NCBI RefSeq assembly: GCF_964188315.1 | Contig: NC_135659.1 | Coordinates: 50,220,001 to 50,284,000, forward strand | DNA length: 64,000 bases | Source of the DNA: Podarcis muralis | Lineage: Eukaryota | Direction: 5' to 3' | In this document: positions 12,945 through 24,900 of the stretch, piece after piece | How positions within the stretch are numbered: position 1 is the stretch's first letter | Layout of the letters: every line of letters begins with the position of its first letter | Program-made: the position numbers and the translations under genes | The notes under the pieces: generated by a model | What the model saw: only the letters and a program-made list of their open reading frames with translations | The model's database searches: none | What the model was told of the DNA's origin: nothing

Positions 12945-13100
12945 GGGTTCCTGATTTCAGCCTTCGAGTGGCCCTTCAAACCCTGTTAAAAGAATACTGC
13001 GAAGTGTGTAAATCTCCAAAAGAGAGCAAGGTTAGCAGTTTCCTGCAGGCGGCAAAGGCACGTCCCAGGAGGAAAGCCAGGAAGTACCTGTATGCAGTAG
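12945..13100 (+). CDS. IPP: IPP coding exon 3
   Basis: VPDFSLRVALQTLLKEYCEV...RPRRKARKYLYAV; AG at 12943-12944, GT at 13101; 156 nt. Confidence 0.95.
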
Positions 13101-13224
13101 GTAGGAATCCTGTCTCCTCATTAGCATTTCATGTCTCTTCAGAACCTGAACTGTTGGAGAAACGCTGCATGTGAAGAGCCTGTGGAGCTGCTAATGGTGC
13201 CTGCCATCTCTGTTTTTTGAATAG

Positions 13225-13392
13225 GTGGATATACTCGCTTGCAGGGAGGCCGTTGGAGTGACAGCAGAGCTCTCAGTTGTGTGGAGCGTTTTGACACTTT
13301 CAGTCAGTACTGGACTACTGTGTCTTCTTTGCACCAGGCTCGAAATGGGCTGGGAGTTGCAGTAGTTGGAGGAATGATCTATGCTATTGGAG
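13225..13392 (+). CDS. IPP: IPP coding exon 4, kelch repeats
   Basis: GYTRLQGGRWSDSRALSCVERFDTFSQYW...MIYAIG; AG at 13223-13224, GTAAG at 13393; 168 nt. Confidence 0.95.
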
Positions 13393-15284
13393 GTAAGGGC
13401 AAAGAATTGCATTTCTGGGGGTGGGGGAATAGGCTGTTATTTAGTACTTGCCACAGGTCTTTCTTATTATTCACTTAGTGGAAGGAACTCGCCCAGAGAC
13501 AATATGTAGCATTCTAAAGCCACAGTATACAAAAGGTACAATGATGTCCTGAGTTTGACAGGGAGAATATCTGGGCTTTGCCGTTTGGGATTCCCAGGGT
13601 TTGGGGACTCTGGTACAGTCCATTTCCCCAGACTTCTTCAGTCCTTGCACCATGCAGACATAAACCCATTCATTGTCTTGCTAACATATTGCAGACATTC
13701 ATAGGTATGTAGTCAAACACACAGATGCAGTTCCACTCACATATAGGGTTATCAAAGTAAAATGATCAATGACTTTTCTCAGTGTCCCATTGTACCTTCC
13801 ACCCCTGAAGATCTCTTTTTTCTGGAGGAGCCTGGGTGAGCCCCTGTACTTCTTTCAGGGTGGCAGGAGGAAGAGGAAGAAAAAACTTTGATCACATTTG
13901 CTTTCACCTTCCCTACATATTTTTGTATTATCATCTCTCACACTTGCATAGTACACACACAAACCATGGTTTAGTGCTATATGGATGAGCTTGAGTGATG
14001 CATCGAGCTTGAGTGCTTCTCCCATGGAGTTTAGATCCTGGCTTAAAACAAATTCTAATTATCTGGTTTTGTAAGTGTGGTTTGGAATTAGCATATTACA
14101 AATCTTAAGTTTGTTTTAAATCAGGATCCCTGATTCAGACATTACACTAAGACAGCATTCTGTAAAAGTTAAACTAAACATATCCTTACTGCATTGGGGG
14201 TGGAGGGTGCTGAGTGTGTGAGCTGGTTCTCGGCTCCTTCATTCTGATCCACATAGCACTAAACCATAGTTTTGCATTAAATGGTTTACTGTTTTGCATT
14301 AAATGGTCCCTGTTTTATTTATATATGCATATAAACAACTATGAAACCTACCAGAACTTTCTGTGTTGCCAAATAAACGTAGATGCTTCAAATGATCTTC
14401 TTTCCTGTTCTACAGCCACTGCTACTAAAAATACAATTGCTTGTGGTCATTCAATGGCAGCTGCTTTTTGTAGGCTTAAGGAAATGTAGGGAGCTGCCTT
14501 ACATACTAGGTCAGACTATTTGTCCACCTAGTCCAGTTCCACTCTCGTTCTCCAGACTTTCAGGTGGAGAGAGGTCTTTCACATCACCTGCTACCTCATC
14601 ATTTCAACAGGAGGTACCAGAGATTTGAACCAGGAATCTTCTGCATGCAAAGTGTTTTCATTTATAAACTGGAACACCAGGCACTCATAGGAGGCATTGC
14701 ATCCAAAAGTGGAGCTGTGCCTTATCTTAGTTATACTTGCTAAGGATGTGGTAAAGTTCCTGCCAAAAGTGAAAACTCTAAGTGCATCTGTAGTATACAG
14801 ACTACTGCTGTGTGAAATGAAAAGTTTTGTAAATACTGTTAACTGTTGAAGCATTCCATCCTGATACTCACTGTCCTATTAATTAACATCCTGCCATTGC
14901 TGTTCCTGCTTCATGCTTTTTTTCCTTTGGGTATTTAATCCCTCAAACCTTTCGGTAGTTAGAATTTTGCAGAAATGCAATTATTGCATATTACTTAAAG
15001 AAGATGGTATGATTTACATTTTCCTTTATGCTGGATAACTTGTATTTTGGAGATAAAGTCATACCAGTTTTGACTGGTGGTACCTGTGCATCAGAGAGCT
15101 CATTTAGAAATTGGGCATTGGGGGAAGGAGAAGACCTTTGGCTTCAGAAATGAAGCATTGCATCTTGCAACTATGCTAAGATGCTCAAATGGATGAACTA
15201 TTCTGCTATTAGTTGATCGATATATTGAAGAGATAGCATACAAAAGATGTCTTAACTTCACTATGTTCTTGCCTCTCTTCTAAG

Positions 15285-15422
15285 GTGAAAAAGACTCTAT
15301 GATATTTGATTGTACTGAACGTTATGATCCTATTACTAAACAGTGGGCAGCTGTAGCATCTATGAACCATCCTCGCTGTGGACTTGGAGTGTGTGCTTGT
15401 TATGGTACCATCTATGCTTTTG
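15285..15422 (+). CDS. IPP: IPP coding exon 5, kelch repeat (absent from the ORF track; GC donor)
   Basis: Hand translation EKDSMIFDCTERYDPITKQWAAVASMNHPRCGLGVCACYGTIYAF; AG at 15283-15284; donor GCAAGT at 15423; 138 nt keeps frame with the flanking exons. Confidence 0.92.
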
Positions 15423-15575
15423 GCAAGTCCTTTAACTCTACAAAATCCATTACCTCCTTAAGCTAGGGGCAGAGTTTCTTTAGTGTTGTATACTGTAGAA
15501 AATAGGAATAACACCCAACGTGTATGGTAGCAACTAACTAGTAGCTTCTCTGGTTAAGTATCCTTTTTTCAGTAA

Positions 15576-15808
15576 AAAGGTAAAGGGACCCCTGACCATT
15601 AGGTCCAGTCATGGCCGACTCTGGGGTTGGGGTGCTCATCTCGCTTTATTGGCCGAGGGAGCCGGCGTACAGCTTCCGGGTCATGTGGCCAGCATGACTA
15701 AACTGCTTCTGGCGAACCAGAGCAGCGCACGGAAACGCCGTTTACCTTCCCGCCGGAGCGGTACCTATTTATCTACTTGCACTTTGACATGCTTTCGAAC
15801 TGCTAGGT
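15576..15808 (-). mobile_element. Sauria SINE, 5'-truncated
   Basis: 3' two-thirds of the family, near-identical to 60515-60760 in the opposite orientation. Confidence 0.85.
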
Positions 15809-16577
15809 TTTTCAGTAGCCAAATGCAAATGTTTTCCTTCAGTAAATTCTTGAAGATTCCAAAGCCTGGAATATTTGTTGGTGACGTAGCTGAGAGCTGC
15901 CTTGCCTACAACTTGCTTGCTGTCCTGTTGGAGTCTCCAGACAGTTTGCAGAGAAATTAAGCTGCAATCCTGTCCTCTGGCTTGCAGCAGCAGGGCTTGA
16001 TGGGGTGGTGCAGCCAGTGCTACGTCTATAGCGCTGGAAAGTAGAAATGCAGAAAAAAAGCCCTGAGGGGACAAGGGAAAATGTGCAAGAATAAATCTTG
16101 GCTCAGTGAAGATGCCTGGATTGGGCAAATTGTTATCATGTGATAGCAGCAGGGTTGGTTCAGGATCCAATGGATCCCATGCTGGCTCAGCCCCTTCCGC
16201 ATTTGGGGGGGTTCAATGCTAGCTGTTGCTAACAGAGATAGCGAGATAACTCATGCAGCAGAAGTTGCCCCCAGTTACTGTCACCACACAGAGGCAGCTT
16301 ATGGTTCAAAAGAGTTTACTGCTGCAGAAAATCAGGCTTCAGTAATACAGCCCCGGACAGCCTGTAGGCTTTGTACATACAGATATGTACAAATAGAAAA
16401 CATTTATGTTGCTCTAGCAATGTGGCCTTCCAGATGTTGGGTTCCAACTTCATCAGCCCTAGCCACCTTTACATTAGACAGCCTTTTTGGCTCAGCTGCC
16501 ATTGTAGCTGCTTCAAGGAGATAGAAATATTAACAATGTTTTCTCTTCCTTGCCTTCAAACTTACTCTTGTTTTCAG

Positions 16578-16700
16578 GAGGCTGGGTTGGAGCAGAGATT
16601 GGCACCTCGATTGAACGTTTTGATCCTGAAGAGAATAGCTGGGAAGTGGTGGGCAGCATGGCTGTGCCGCGCTACAATTTTGGGTGCTGTGAAATGCAAG
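16578..16700 (+). CDS. IPP: IPP coding exon 6, kelch repeat
   Basis: GWVGAEIGTSIERFDPEENSWEVVGSMAVPRYNFGCCEMQ; AG at 16576-16577, GTGAG at 16701; 123 nt. Confidence 0.95.
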
Positions 16701-16717
16701 GTGAGTGGGCTTGGATA

Positions 16718-16948
16718 CAGTCATACCTCAGGTTAAATATGCTTCAGGTTGAGCTCTTTCAGGTTGAGCTCCGTGGTGACCCGGAAGTAACGGAACACGT
16801 TACTTCCAGGTTTCGCCGCTCGCGCATGTGCAGACGGTCAAAATGACGTCACGCGCATGCGTGGAAGTGGCGAATCGCGACCCGCGTTCGCTTCAGGATG
16901 CAAACAGGGATCCGAAACAGATCCCATTCGTATCCAGAAGTACCACTG
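16718..16948. mobile_element. Tc1/mariner (Tigger/pogo-like) MITE
   Basis: ta|CAGTCATACCTC...GAAGTACCACTG|ta; paralogue at 51551-51804. Confidence 0.82.
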
Positions 16949-17596
16949 TATTTGAATAATTGTTGCTTATTGTTAATACTGTCACAGACTACCCTTGGGC
17001 TGGTTTGGCACTCCAACTTGTGGTAAACCTTGCAGCTAGATTGCGGATGGGGACAGACTATCGGCAGCACGTAACTCAGGTGCTCAAAAGCTTGCACTAG
17101 CTAGCCCATAGGCTGTCAGTTCAGGTTCATGGTTCTTGTATTAATTTACAAGGCCCTTAAATTGGTTCCAGGATACTTCAAGGCTTGTGGAGTGTTCTAG
17201 GGGCCAGGTAGAGACATGGAAGGCTGCTTGTGGTATACACACTTACCTCAAGTCCCATTTGAATTTAACTTACTTCTGAGTAGGCATGCATAGAATTGAG
17301 GTGAGCATTTGGAAAAATTGATAACCTAACAAGTGGTATGCTATCTTGAAGGGCATCGAGCAGACTATGTGCAACAATTTTGTTGCATTGTGCAAAAGAG
17401 CTGATAGTTTAGAAAGCAACTTCAAACTGCAATCCACAACCCACTCATTCAAGAACAGTCCTAGTAAGGAAGACCACTGAAATTCTTGGGAATTACTGGG
17501 CTGCAGATTACAGTCCAGTGCATGTTTTCTAGAAATCATTGAATACCAACAGTGCTGGTGTGGCATAGGTATAATAGAAATTCCTTGCATTTCCAG

Positions 17597-17817
17597 GTTT
17601 AATTTATATTGTTGGGGGCATCAGTAATGAAGGAATAGAACTGTGTTCTGTCGATGCCTATGATCCAATATCTAAGCGCTGGTCTGCACTCCCTGAAATG
17701 GGCACCAGAAGGGCATATCTGGGTGTGGCTGCTCTGAATGACTGTATCTATGCTATTGGAGGATTGAATGAGTCTGAAGATGCTCTTCCAAGTGTTGAGA
17801 AATACTCTTTTGAAGAG
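17597..17817 (+). CDS. IPP: IPP coding exon 7, kelch repeats
   Basis: LIYIVGGISNEGIELCSVDAYDPISKRWSALPEMGTRRAYLGV...EKYSFEE; AG at 17595-17596, GT at 17818; 221 nt. Confidence 0.95.
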
Positions 17818-18612
17818 GTAGGTTTCAGTTCCCACAAATCAGATTCCAAGGTGTATTCGTTGTTTATGTTGGTTTGCAGTAGTTTGTCTCATTGATAGGT
17901 ACAAAGAAATGAAGTTGTTAGTAATGCGTTCACAAGTCCCCCAATGCAGCTGAAGTCGTGTGTGTAAGGTTATGTTCAGATGCACATAGTTAAAGCAATG
18001 AACCTGATGTTGGCCTATACTTAGACTTCTCAACTGAATGACGTTCAGGAATATCCAGTTTTCCCTGTTTTCATAAGAAGCCAACTAGGTAGCGTATTAA
18101 TTGACTGGTTCTTGTTGCAGCCATGAAGCCACTCACCTGTGCAAAGTGTCTAGAGCAATATTTTAAGTCTAAGAAAACCAGATTGCTTCTGGGGGGTGGG
18201 GTGGGGGTGTTTAAATAGGTAAACATACTAAGCAGGGAGAGAGGGGGAAGTAGAGCTCCTCCCACAGCAGAAACTTTCACCTGCTGCTGGAGGTTCTTAT
18301 GTCTATATATAGCCTAAGGGTCCTACTTCCCAGGTGATAAGTAGGCTAGTAACTATAAAATCTCATGCCACTATGCCAAGTAGTAACTAAACGGGGTTAC
18401 AGTCCTTCTGTTTTCCTGTTGTGACACCATGATACACTTGCTTTTGAATGTGCAAATATTCCTTTCCCGCCTCCCATCTCGTTTTTACTCAGAATTAATT
18501 TGAATATTTGCCACCCCCTGGCTCTGTACTTAGGCTCATTTGGAGGGAAGGATAGAAAAGAAATGCAACAGCAATAATAGTAAACAGTAGTAGTAAACCC
18601 ATGGGTATAGGG

Positions 18613-18748
18613 CAGGCACCCCCAAACTCGGCCTTCCAGCTGTTTTGGGACTACAACTCCCATCATCCCTGACCACTGGTCCTGTTAGCCAGGGATGATG
18701 GGAGTTGTAGTCCCAAAACAGCTGGAAGGCAGAGTTTGGGGGTGCCTG
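18613..18748. mobile_element. Palindromic hAT MITE, family C
   Basis: Almost entirely a hairpin (caggcacccccaaactc...gagtttgggggtgcctg); perfect 8-bp TSD GTATAGGG; paralogue at 45430-45565. Confidence 0.88.
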
Positions 18749-18936
18749 GTATAGGGCAGTATATCAATAAATCATGACGATGAATTGGAATTCCACTACT
18801 AAGAATACAGTGAATGGTCAGTTTAACACAGACCTTCCTAGTGTTTATTTATACCTGCTAACTGTAGATTTAAAGCACATCTCTGGAGAGGAACATACTA
18901 CATAGAAAACATTTTTTTATTTGTTTCATTCATTAG

Positions 18937-19161
18937 GAGAAATGGGTAGACGTTGCTTCAATGAAGGTCCCAAGAGCTGGAGTATGTGTTGTAGCTGTGA
19001 ATGGCCTCCTTTACGCCATTGGAGGAAGGACTGCCAGTTATGATTCATCTGCCCCAGTAACATCAGATTCTGTGGAAGTTTATAATCCGCATTTGGATAC
19101 TTGGACTGAAATTGCTAACATGATCACCAGCCGCTGTGAGGGAGGTGTGGCAGTGCTCTGA
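18937..19161 (+). CDS. IPP: IPP last coding exon
   Basis: EKWVDVASMKVPRAGVCVVAVNGLLYAIGG...SRCEGGVAVL*; AG at 18935-18936; TGA at 19159-19161. Confidence 0.95.
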   Translation, partial: EKWVDVASMKVPRAGVCVVAVNGLLYAIGGRTASYDSSAPVTSDSVEVYNPHLDTWTEIANMITSRCEGGVAVL

Positions 19162-19683
19162 AGAACAGAACACTTAAAAACAACTAAGATTGGAGAGTGG
19201 ATTTTCAAATGTTCTCAGAATGGTGACAGTTTGGGCTAGAGACTTCTGTTCACAGGCTCTACTGAAACCGTATGCTTCTCCATGTGGAACATAGACTTCA
19301 TGGGTGATTCTGGCAGTTTGTTGATGGTTGATTGCTGCCCTTGACACTTGGAAAACCCTCTGCTGTTCGTCACATGCCAAGACACAATCAGAATGCAGTT
19401 GGACTTGCTGTATTTGAAGTGGAGAAGGTTGAAATTGTCCTAACCACATTACTTCTTAACGGGGATCCTAAGCAATAGTTTTATTCTCATGAAAATCCAT
19501 TATATTATTTATTTATGAGCAGATGTTGGCTTTCCATAGCCTAAATTAGTTTCCTTGGAGAAATGCAACAAAATGATGGCGTTATTATTTACGTACTTGT
19601 TTGGGACTTTTGTTTTAGCTGCTCATTGCCTTTAGGAATAAGTCAAACTTGCTTACAAAATGAAAGTAGTTTACATCTCACTC

Positions 19684-19734
19684 TTATTTATTTATTTATT
19701 TATTTATTTATACATACATACATACATACATACA
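19684..19734. repeat. Compound microsatellite (TATT)n(TACA)n
   Basis: Directly visible. Confidence 0.9.
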
Positions 19735-20059
19735 TTCATATGCCACCTCTTTCCCTGATGGGACTCAAGACAGATAAGAATATTCCATTCCCTGGCTCAT
19801 GTTGGGTATTAAGAATCTGCCCTTGGCTTTGGGCTTTTGTTCCACATATGCATACTTAGCTATGTAGGACTGTTTAAGACAGGAGACAACTGGAATATTA
19901 AAAACCAAAACCAAATCTGTCTTCACATTTCATTACAGGCTGCCCCGTGTGACTTCCAAAGTATCCACATCATGCCCTGTGCTTCCATGGTAAAGCAAAG
20001 AGTTAAAAGTAATAAAAACAAGCACAATAAAGAAATTGGAGGGAAATGGCAGTAGCAAA

Positions 20060-21395
20060 ATGATCTAACATCAGATGGTAGCCTACCAGTTCATTTGTTA
20101 TATCATAAATGCCTTTTCCATCTTTGTAGCACCATACCCCATACACAGTTACATCGGTGGAGAAGCATCACTATTTATGGCTCAGTACTATTACCATGTC
20201 AGTGGAAAACAGTTCCCTGCCTTATGACACACAGCTCTACTTCTCCTTTGCATCTGCAAGGGAGGCACTGGATGTGCTGGACCGATGTCTTGCCCCAGTA
20301 ATGCACTGGATGACAGACAACAAACTGAAGCTCAATCCAAAGAAGACTGAGGCAACTTAGACCAAATGGCTGAGAGGATGGGGTTACACTCCCTCTGAAG
20401 GAGCAGGTACATAGCTTGCGGGTACTCCTGGATCCTTTGCTTGAGGCTCAAGAGGCCTTGATGGCACAGAGTGCCTTCCATCAGCTTTGGCTGGTGGCCC
20501 AGCTGCACCCCTATCTGCGCCCCTAACTTCTGTTGTCTATACTTTGGTAACCTCTATGTTAGATTACTGCAATGCCTGATACATAGGGCTGCCTCTGAAG
20601 ACAGTTTGGAAGCTTCAGCTGGTGCAGAATTTGGCGGCCAGGCAGCCACTGGGGTATATTACACAGATCCTAGCCCAACTGCTTTGGCTGTCAATTAGCT
20701 TCTGGTCCCAATTCAGAGTGCTGGTTTTGACCTATAAAGCCTTAAACAGCTCAGGACCACAAAATACATGAAGGACTGCTTCCCATATACAGTGGAACCT
20801 CTATTTGCAACCATAATCTGTTCCGGAGGTCCATCCAGAGGTTGAAACAGGTTGCTGGAAGAGGTGCCGTTGTGCACAGGCGATTGCCCACTTCTGCGCA
20901 TGTGCAAATGGTGATTGTCACTCCTGCGCATGCACAAACAGCAGCAAACCCACTGGTTACTTCCAGGTTTGCCACGGTCGCGACTTGGAACGACCATAAG
21001 AGGCAGTGGTAAGTAGAGGTTCGACTGTACTGTCCCAGACTCTGCATTCATCTGAGGCCTTTCTCCATGTGCCTCCACATGGGGTTCGGAGGGTGGCAAC
21101 ACACGAACAGGCCTTTTCTGCAGTAGCTTCCCATTTGTAGAATGCTCTCCTTACAGAGCTTCACCTGGCACCTTCATCTTTAGACACCAGACAAAACTTA
21201 ACTCTTCAACCAGGCTTTTGGTTGATTAATATTCTATAGCCTTTTAAATGTGTTTGTGAGAAGGAAGGATTGTTTTGTTGTCTTTGTTTTAAATATTTAC
21301 ATCCATTTTTACCTTGTATTTTATCCTGTAAACTGCCCTGAGATCTTCTGATGAAGGGCGGCATATAAATCTAATAAATAAACAAATAAATAAAA
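20060..21395 (+). mobile_element. L2-like LINE 3' fragment interrupted by a MITE
   Basis: Degraded RT translation ...HWMTDNKLKLNPKKTEA (ORF 20157-20360); A-rich tail aataaataaacaaataaataaaa near 21373-21395. Confidence 0.7.
20790..21027. mobile_element. Tc1/mariner MITE nested in the L2 fragment
   Basis: ta|CAGTGGAACCTC...GAGGTTCGACTG|ta. Confidence 0.82.
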
Positions 21396-21519
21396 TACAT
21401 GCAGGTCCCACTATTGCAGGGGTCTGCAACCTTTAAGACAAAAAGAGCCACTCGGACTCGTTTCCGAAGAAAAAAATACCTGGGAGCCGCAAAACCATTG
21501 CAACATTTAAAACAAATAT

Positions 21520-21892
21520 TGTTGGCTATTTGCAGTATGGTAGCGCTGCAGATAGCTTGCTGGGGAGATCATGCATTAAAAATGAAAAGGACTCAAAAAT
21601 AACTTAAACAAGGTTTTAATAAGAAAAACAAAAACTCCATTTACACTAAATACATTAACAACCAAACCAGACCCAACCACCAACCCAAACCCCAGGGTAA
21701 TGGGAGAGCTAGGTGCTGCTCCTTATATACTAAACCCAAATGCTGACACACCTTAATCAAATACAACTCAGCAGCACCTGCTATGTTTCACAGCTTTAAA
21801 GTTGGGTCTCGTTATCTTGCTCTGGCCCCTTAAAGACATACACATCGAGTGGAACAATGATGAACCTTTACATTTAAAGAAACCATTCAACA
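21520..21892 (-). repeat. Copia 3' LTR (373 bp)
   Basis: Direct repeat of 26092-26476; identical by eye except that it lacks a 12-bp duplication. Confidence 0.95.
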
Positions 21893-21900
21893 TTTCCCCT
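21893..21900 (-). other. Copia polypurine tract
   Basis: Minus strand AGGGGAAA immediately precedes the TG of the 3' LTR. Confidence 0.75.
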
Positions 21901-21908
21901 GCGGTTCA

Positions 21909-24900
21909 TCATTGTGGAACAAAAACAGAAAGCATACTTTGTACATGTTTTTCATGTGTAACCTTTGGAAGTGCTTTTGTAAAAATGTCCGCAATTTGAC
22001 TGTCACCAGGAACATATTCAAATACAACCATTTCATCAGCAATTAGTTGCTTTACAAATTCTAAACGTAACCTTAAGACTCTAGTGCGCTGCGTATTGGT
22101 CTCTGAGCACAGGATAGCAAGTCCACTCTGGGAATCAAGGTAAACTTTTACTGGTAGTGTTACTTGCATCTGTAGGTCTGCAAACACTTGCAGATACCAT
22201 TCTACATCACGAGTGGCCTGAACGCATGCACATAATTCACTTTCTGTTGTGGAGAGACAAATAATGGTTTGTGTTTGGGACTTCCATTCAAATGGACAAC
22301 CGTTATAACAAAACACCATACCAGACACACCCCTGCAATTATTTTGTTCCATTGCATGAGATGCATCGCAGAAAATTTCAAAACCTTTGTCAATACATGT
22401 TGTAAACTGCAACCTATAATGTTTGGTATGTTTAAGGTACATTACCACTCTCTTAAGAGCAGAGAAACATTGTGTAGTAGGCTTTTCCACAAATTTTGCC
22501 AGAAAGTGAAAAGCATAAGTTATATCTGGTCTTGAGATTCTTTGAATGAAATTTAGCTTGCCTATAGCAGAACGATACAAAGTTTTGTTAGGAAATGGCT
22601 TGTCTTCACCTGTAAAGGTGAAACCACACACCATAGGTGTTTCCTTCCCATTTGCATTTTCTAAACATAGCATTTCAACAAGATCATCAATTTTTGCAGT
22701 TTGATGAACCAGAAAAGATCCATTTTTGCCTTTCTCAATTTGCATGGATAAGTAATTTTTAGCTATGCCTAATTCCACTACATCAAATTTCTTCTGTAAC
22801 TGTGATACCACCTGTTCATATTCCTGTTTAGTTTTTGTAGAAATTAATACGTCATCTACATACACACATATTTTTGTTACAGAGTTTGCCCTTTCCTTTA
22901 TGAACACACAATTGTCTGCCTTTCCTTGTGAAAAACCAATATCCAGCAATTCTTTTGCTAAAGTTTGGTGCCAATTCCTTCCACTTTGGTGCAGACCATA
23001 AAGGGATTTGTTTAATTTGCATACCAAACCTTCAGCGGCGTCTATGCCTTCAGGAACACGCATAAAAATTTGTTCTTTTAAATCTGCAAACAAATATGCA
23101 GTTTTTATATCTAGGTGATAAACGGAATGCCCACGCTGTGATGCATCTTTTAACAAAAGCTTAACTGTTTCATATTTTACGCTTGGTGAATAACACAAAT
23201 CATAATCTTCGCCTGGAATTTGTTGAAAACCCCTAGCAACTAATCTTGCTTTGTACCTTACAACTTCATTTTTGTCATTCGTTTTAACTCTATAAACCCA
23301 TTTCGAATCAATAAGTCGCATATCTGGGGTTTGTGGTACAAGAGACCAAGTGTTATGCTCTTTTAAAGAAGCTATCTCGGAGTTCATAGCTTTATACCAA
23401 TTTGCAGCTTGTTGCTTAGGTAATTTCTGAACATCATTGTAGCTTTTTGGCTCAAAAACTGCCTTATTGGCATACACAGTATTAAAATGTTCATCTGCAA
23501 ATCGTTGTGGCTTCTGTCTCTTTCTATCTGAACGTCTCAGTCCAGAAGGAGAGTCAGACTTCTCAGACTTAATGGGACTAAGTAAACCACTAGTTTCAGG
23601 TTGTAAATCATTGTCAGATTGAAGAGGTGCCTGTAGGCTAAGCTCTCGGTCAGAAAAATCAAGAGAATCTAACCTCCCCTCGGGTGCCTGTGACTTTAAA
23701 TCATCAAACAATTTATCAGACTCAACAGGCTTTTTGTCTTTTCCCATTAATTCAGAAGCACTATTTCCTGCTGCTTCTTCTGCTGTTTCTTCCTCTTCTT
23801 CCTCAGTATTATCTATACCATCAGTATCTTGGAAGACAGCAACTCCATTCCAATTTACAGTTTGTATCATGCTTCTGGTAATATGAAATTTGCCAGTTGC
23901 TGGTATGTAAATTCTGTACGCCCCCTGCTGGTAGCCCATTAATTTTCCCTGGACACTACGTTCACCCAATTTTTGCTTAGTAGGATAATGCATAATTACA
24001 TCTGAACCCCAAATGCGGAGGTATTTCAGATTAGGGCGTTTTTTAAACAGTTTCTCATAGGGGGTGACATCTAAACCAGTATGATAACTGCGATTTCTAA
24101 CGTAACAAAATGCATTAAGTGCTTCAGCCCAAAAGTCTTTGGGCAGATTAGCATCATGCAGATACGTTTTAACCCCTGCCTGTAGGTCACGCTGCACAAC
24201 TTCAACAAGCCCATTTTGCCAGGGACTTCGGGGGCAAGATAACTCATGAGTAGTCCCCTGCGCTTCCAGGAATTTCTCAAAATCCTCAGAAACAAATTCC
24301 CCGCCCCGGTCAGAAAACAGGTTCTTAATTGGTTTGTTAAAGTGCGTTTTTACCCAGTTGCAAAAAACTTTATACTTTTCAAATGCTTGGGACTTCTCAG
24401 CTATTGCATAAGTCCAACAGTATCTACTATACTGGTCTATCAGAGTAAGCCAGTACTTAGAACCTCCTAATGATGGTGGGAGTGGCCCAACTAAATCACA
24501 ATGTACACGCTCAAATGGTTCAGTTACTTTCCTATCTGAGCACCTACCCTTGCGTGCAACCTTAATCTTATTCTTGCAACAGGATAGACATTGCATAAAG
24601 AATTTACATGGTTTTAAGTTGAGGCCATTAACGATATTCTTTGTCTTAATTACATCAGCAAAATTCAGGTGTCCCAGAATTCTGTGCGCCTCATGGACAC
24701 ACCCGGAATGAGGCCTTACATTCCTCAACCCCTGGCTTGACTGTGCTGCTCTGCAATTTATAGGCGATTGGGAGTAGGTGCGAAAATACAGTCTATATAA
24801 ACCATCAGAGTCCCGGGCATACAATAAACGTTTGTTCCCATCAAAAAACTCACACATTGATTTTAAGAAACGCACAGTTATGCCTTGACGAGCAAAGCAC

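Noticed and set aside
14268-14310. 22-bp tandem duplication gttttgcattaaatgg (similar small duplications at 12180-12225 and 13987-14016)
   Set aside because: Ordinary slippage duplications of two units; not an array.
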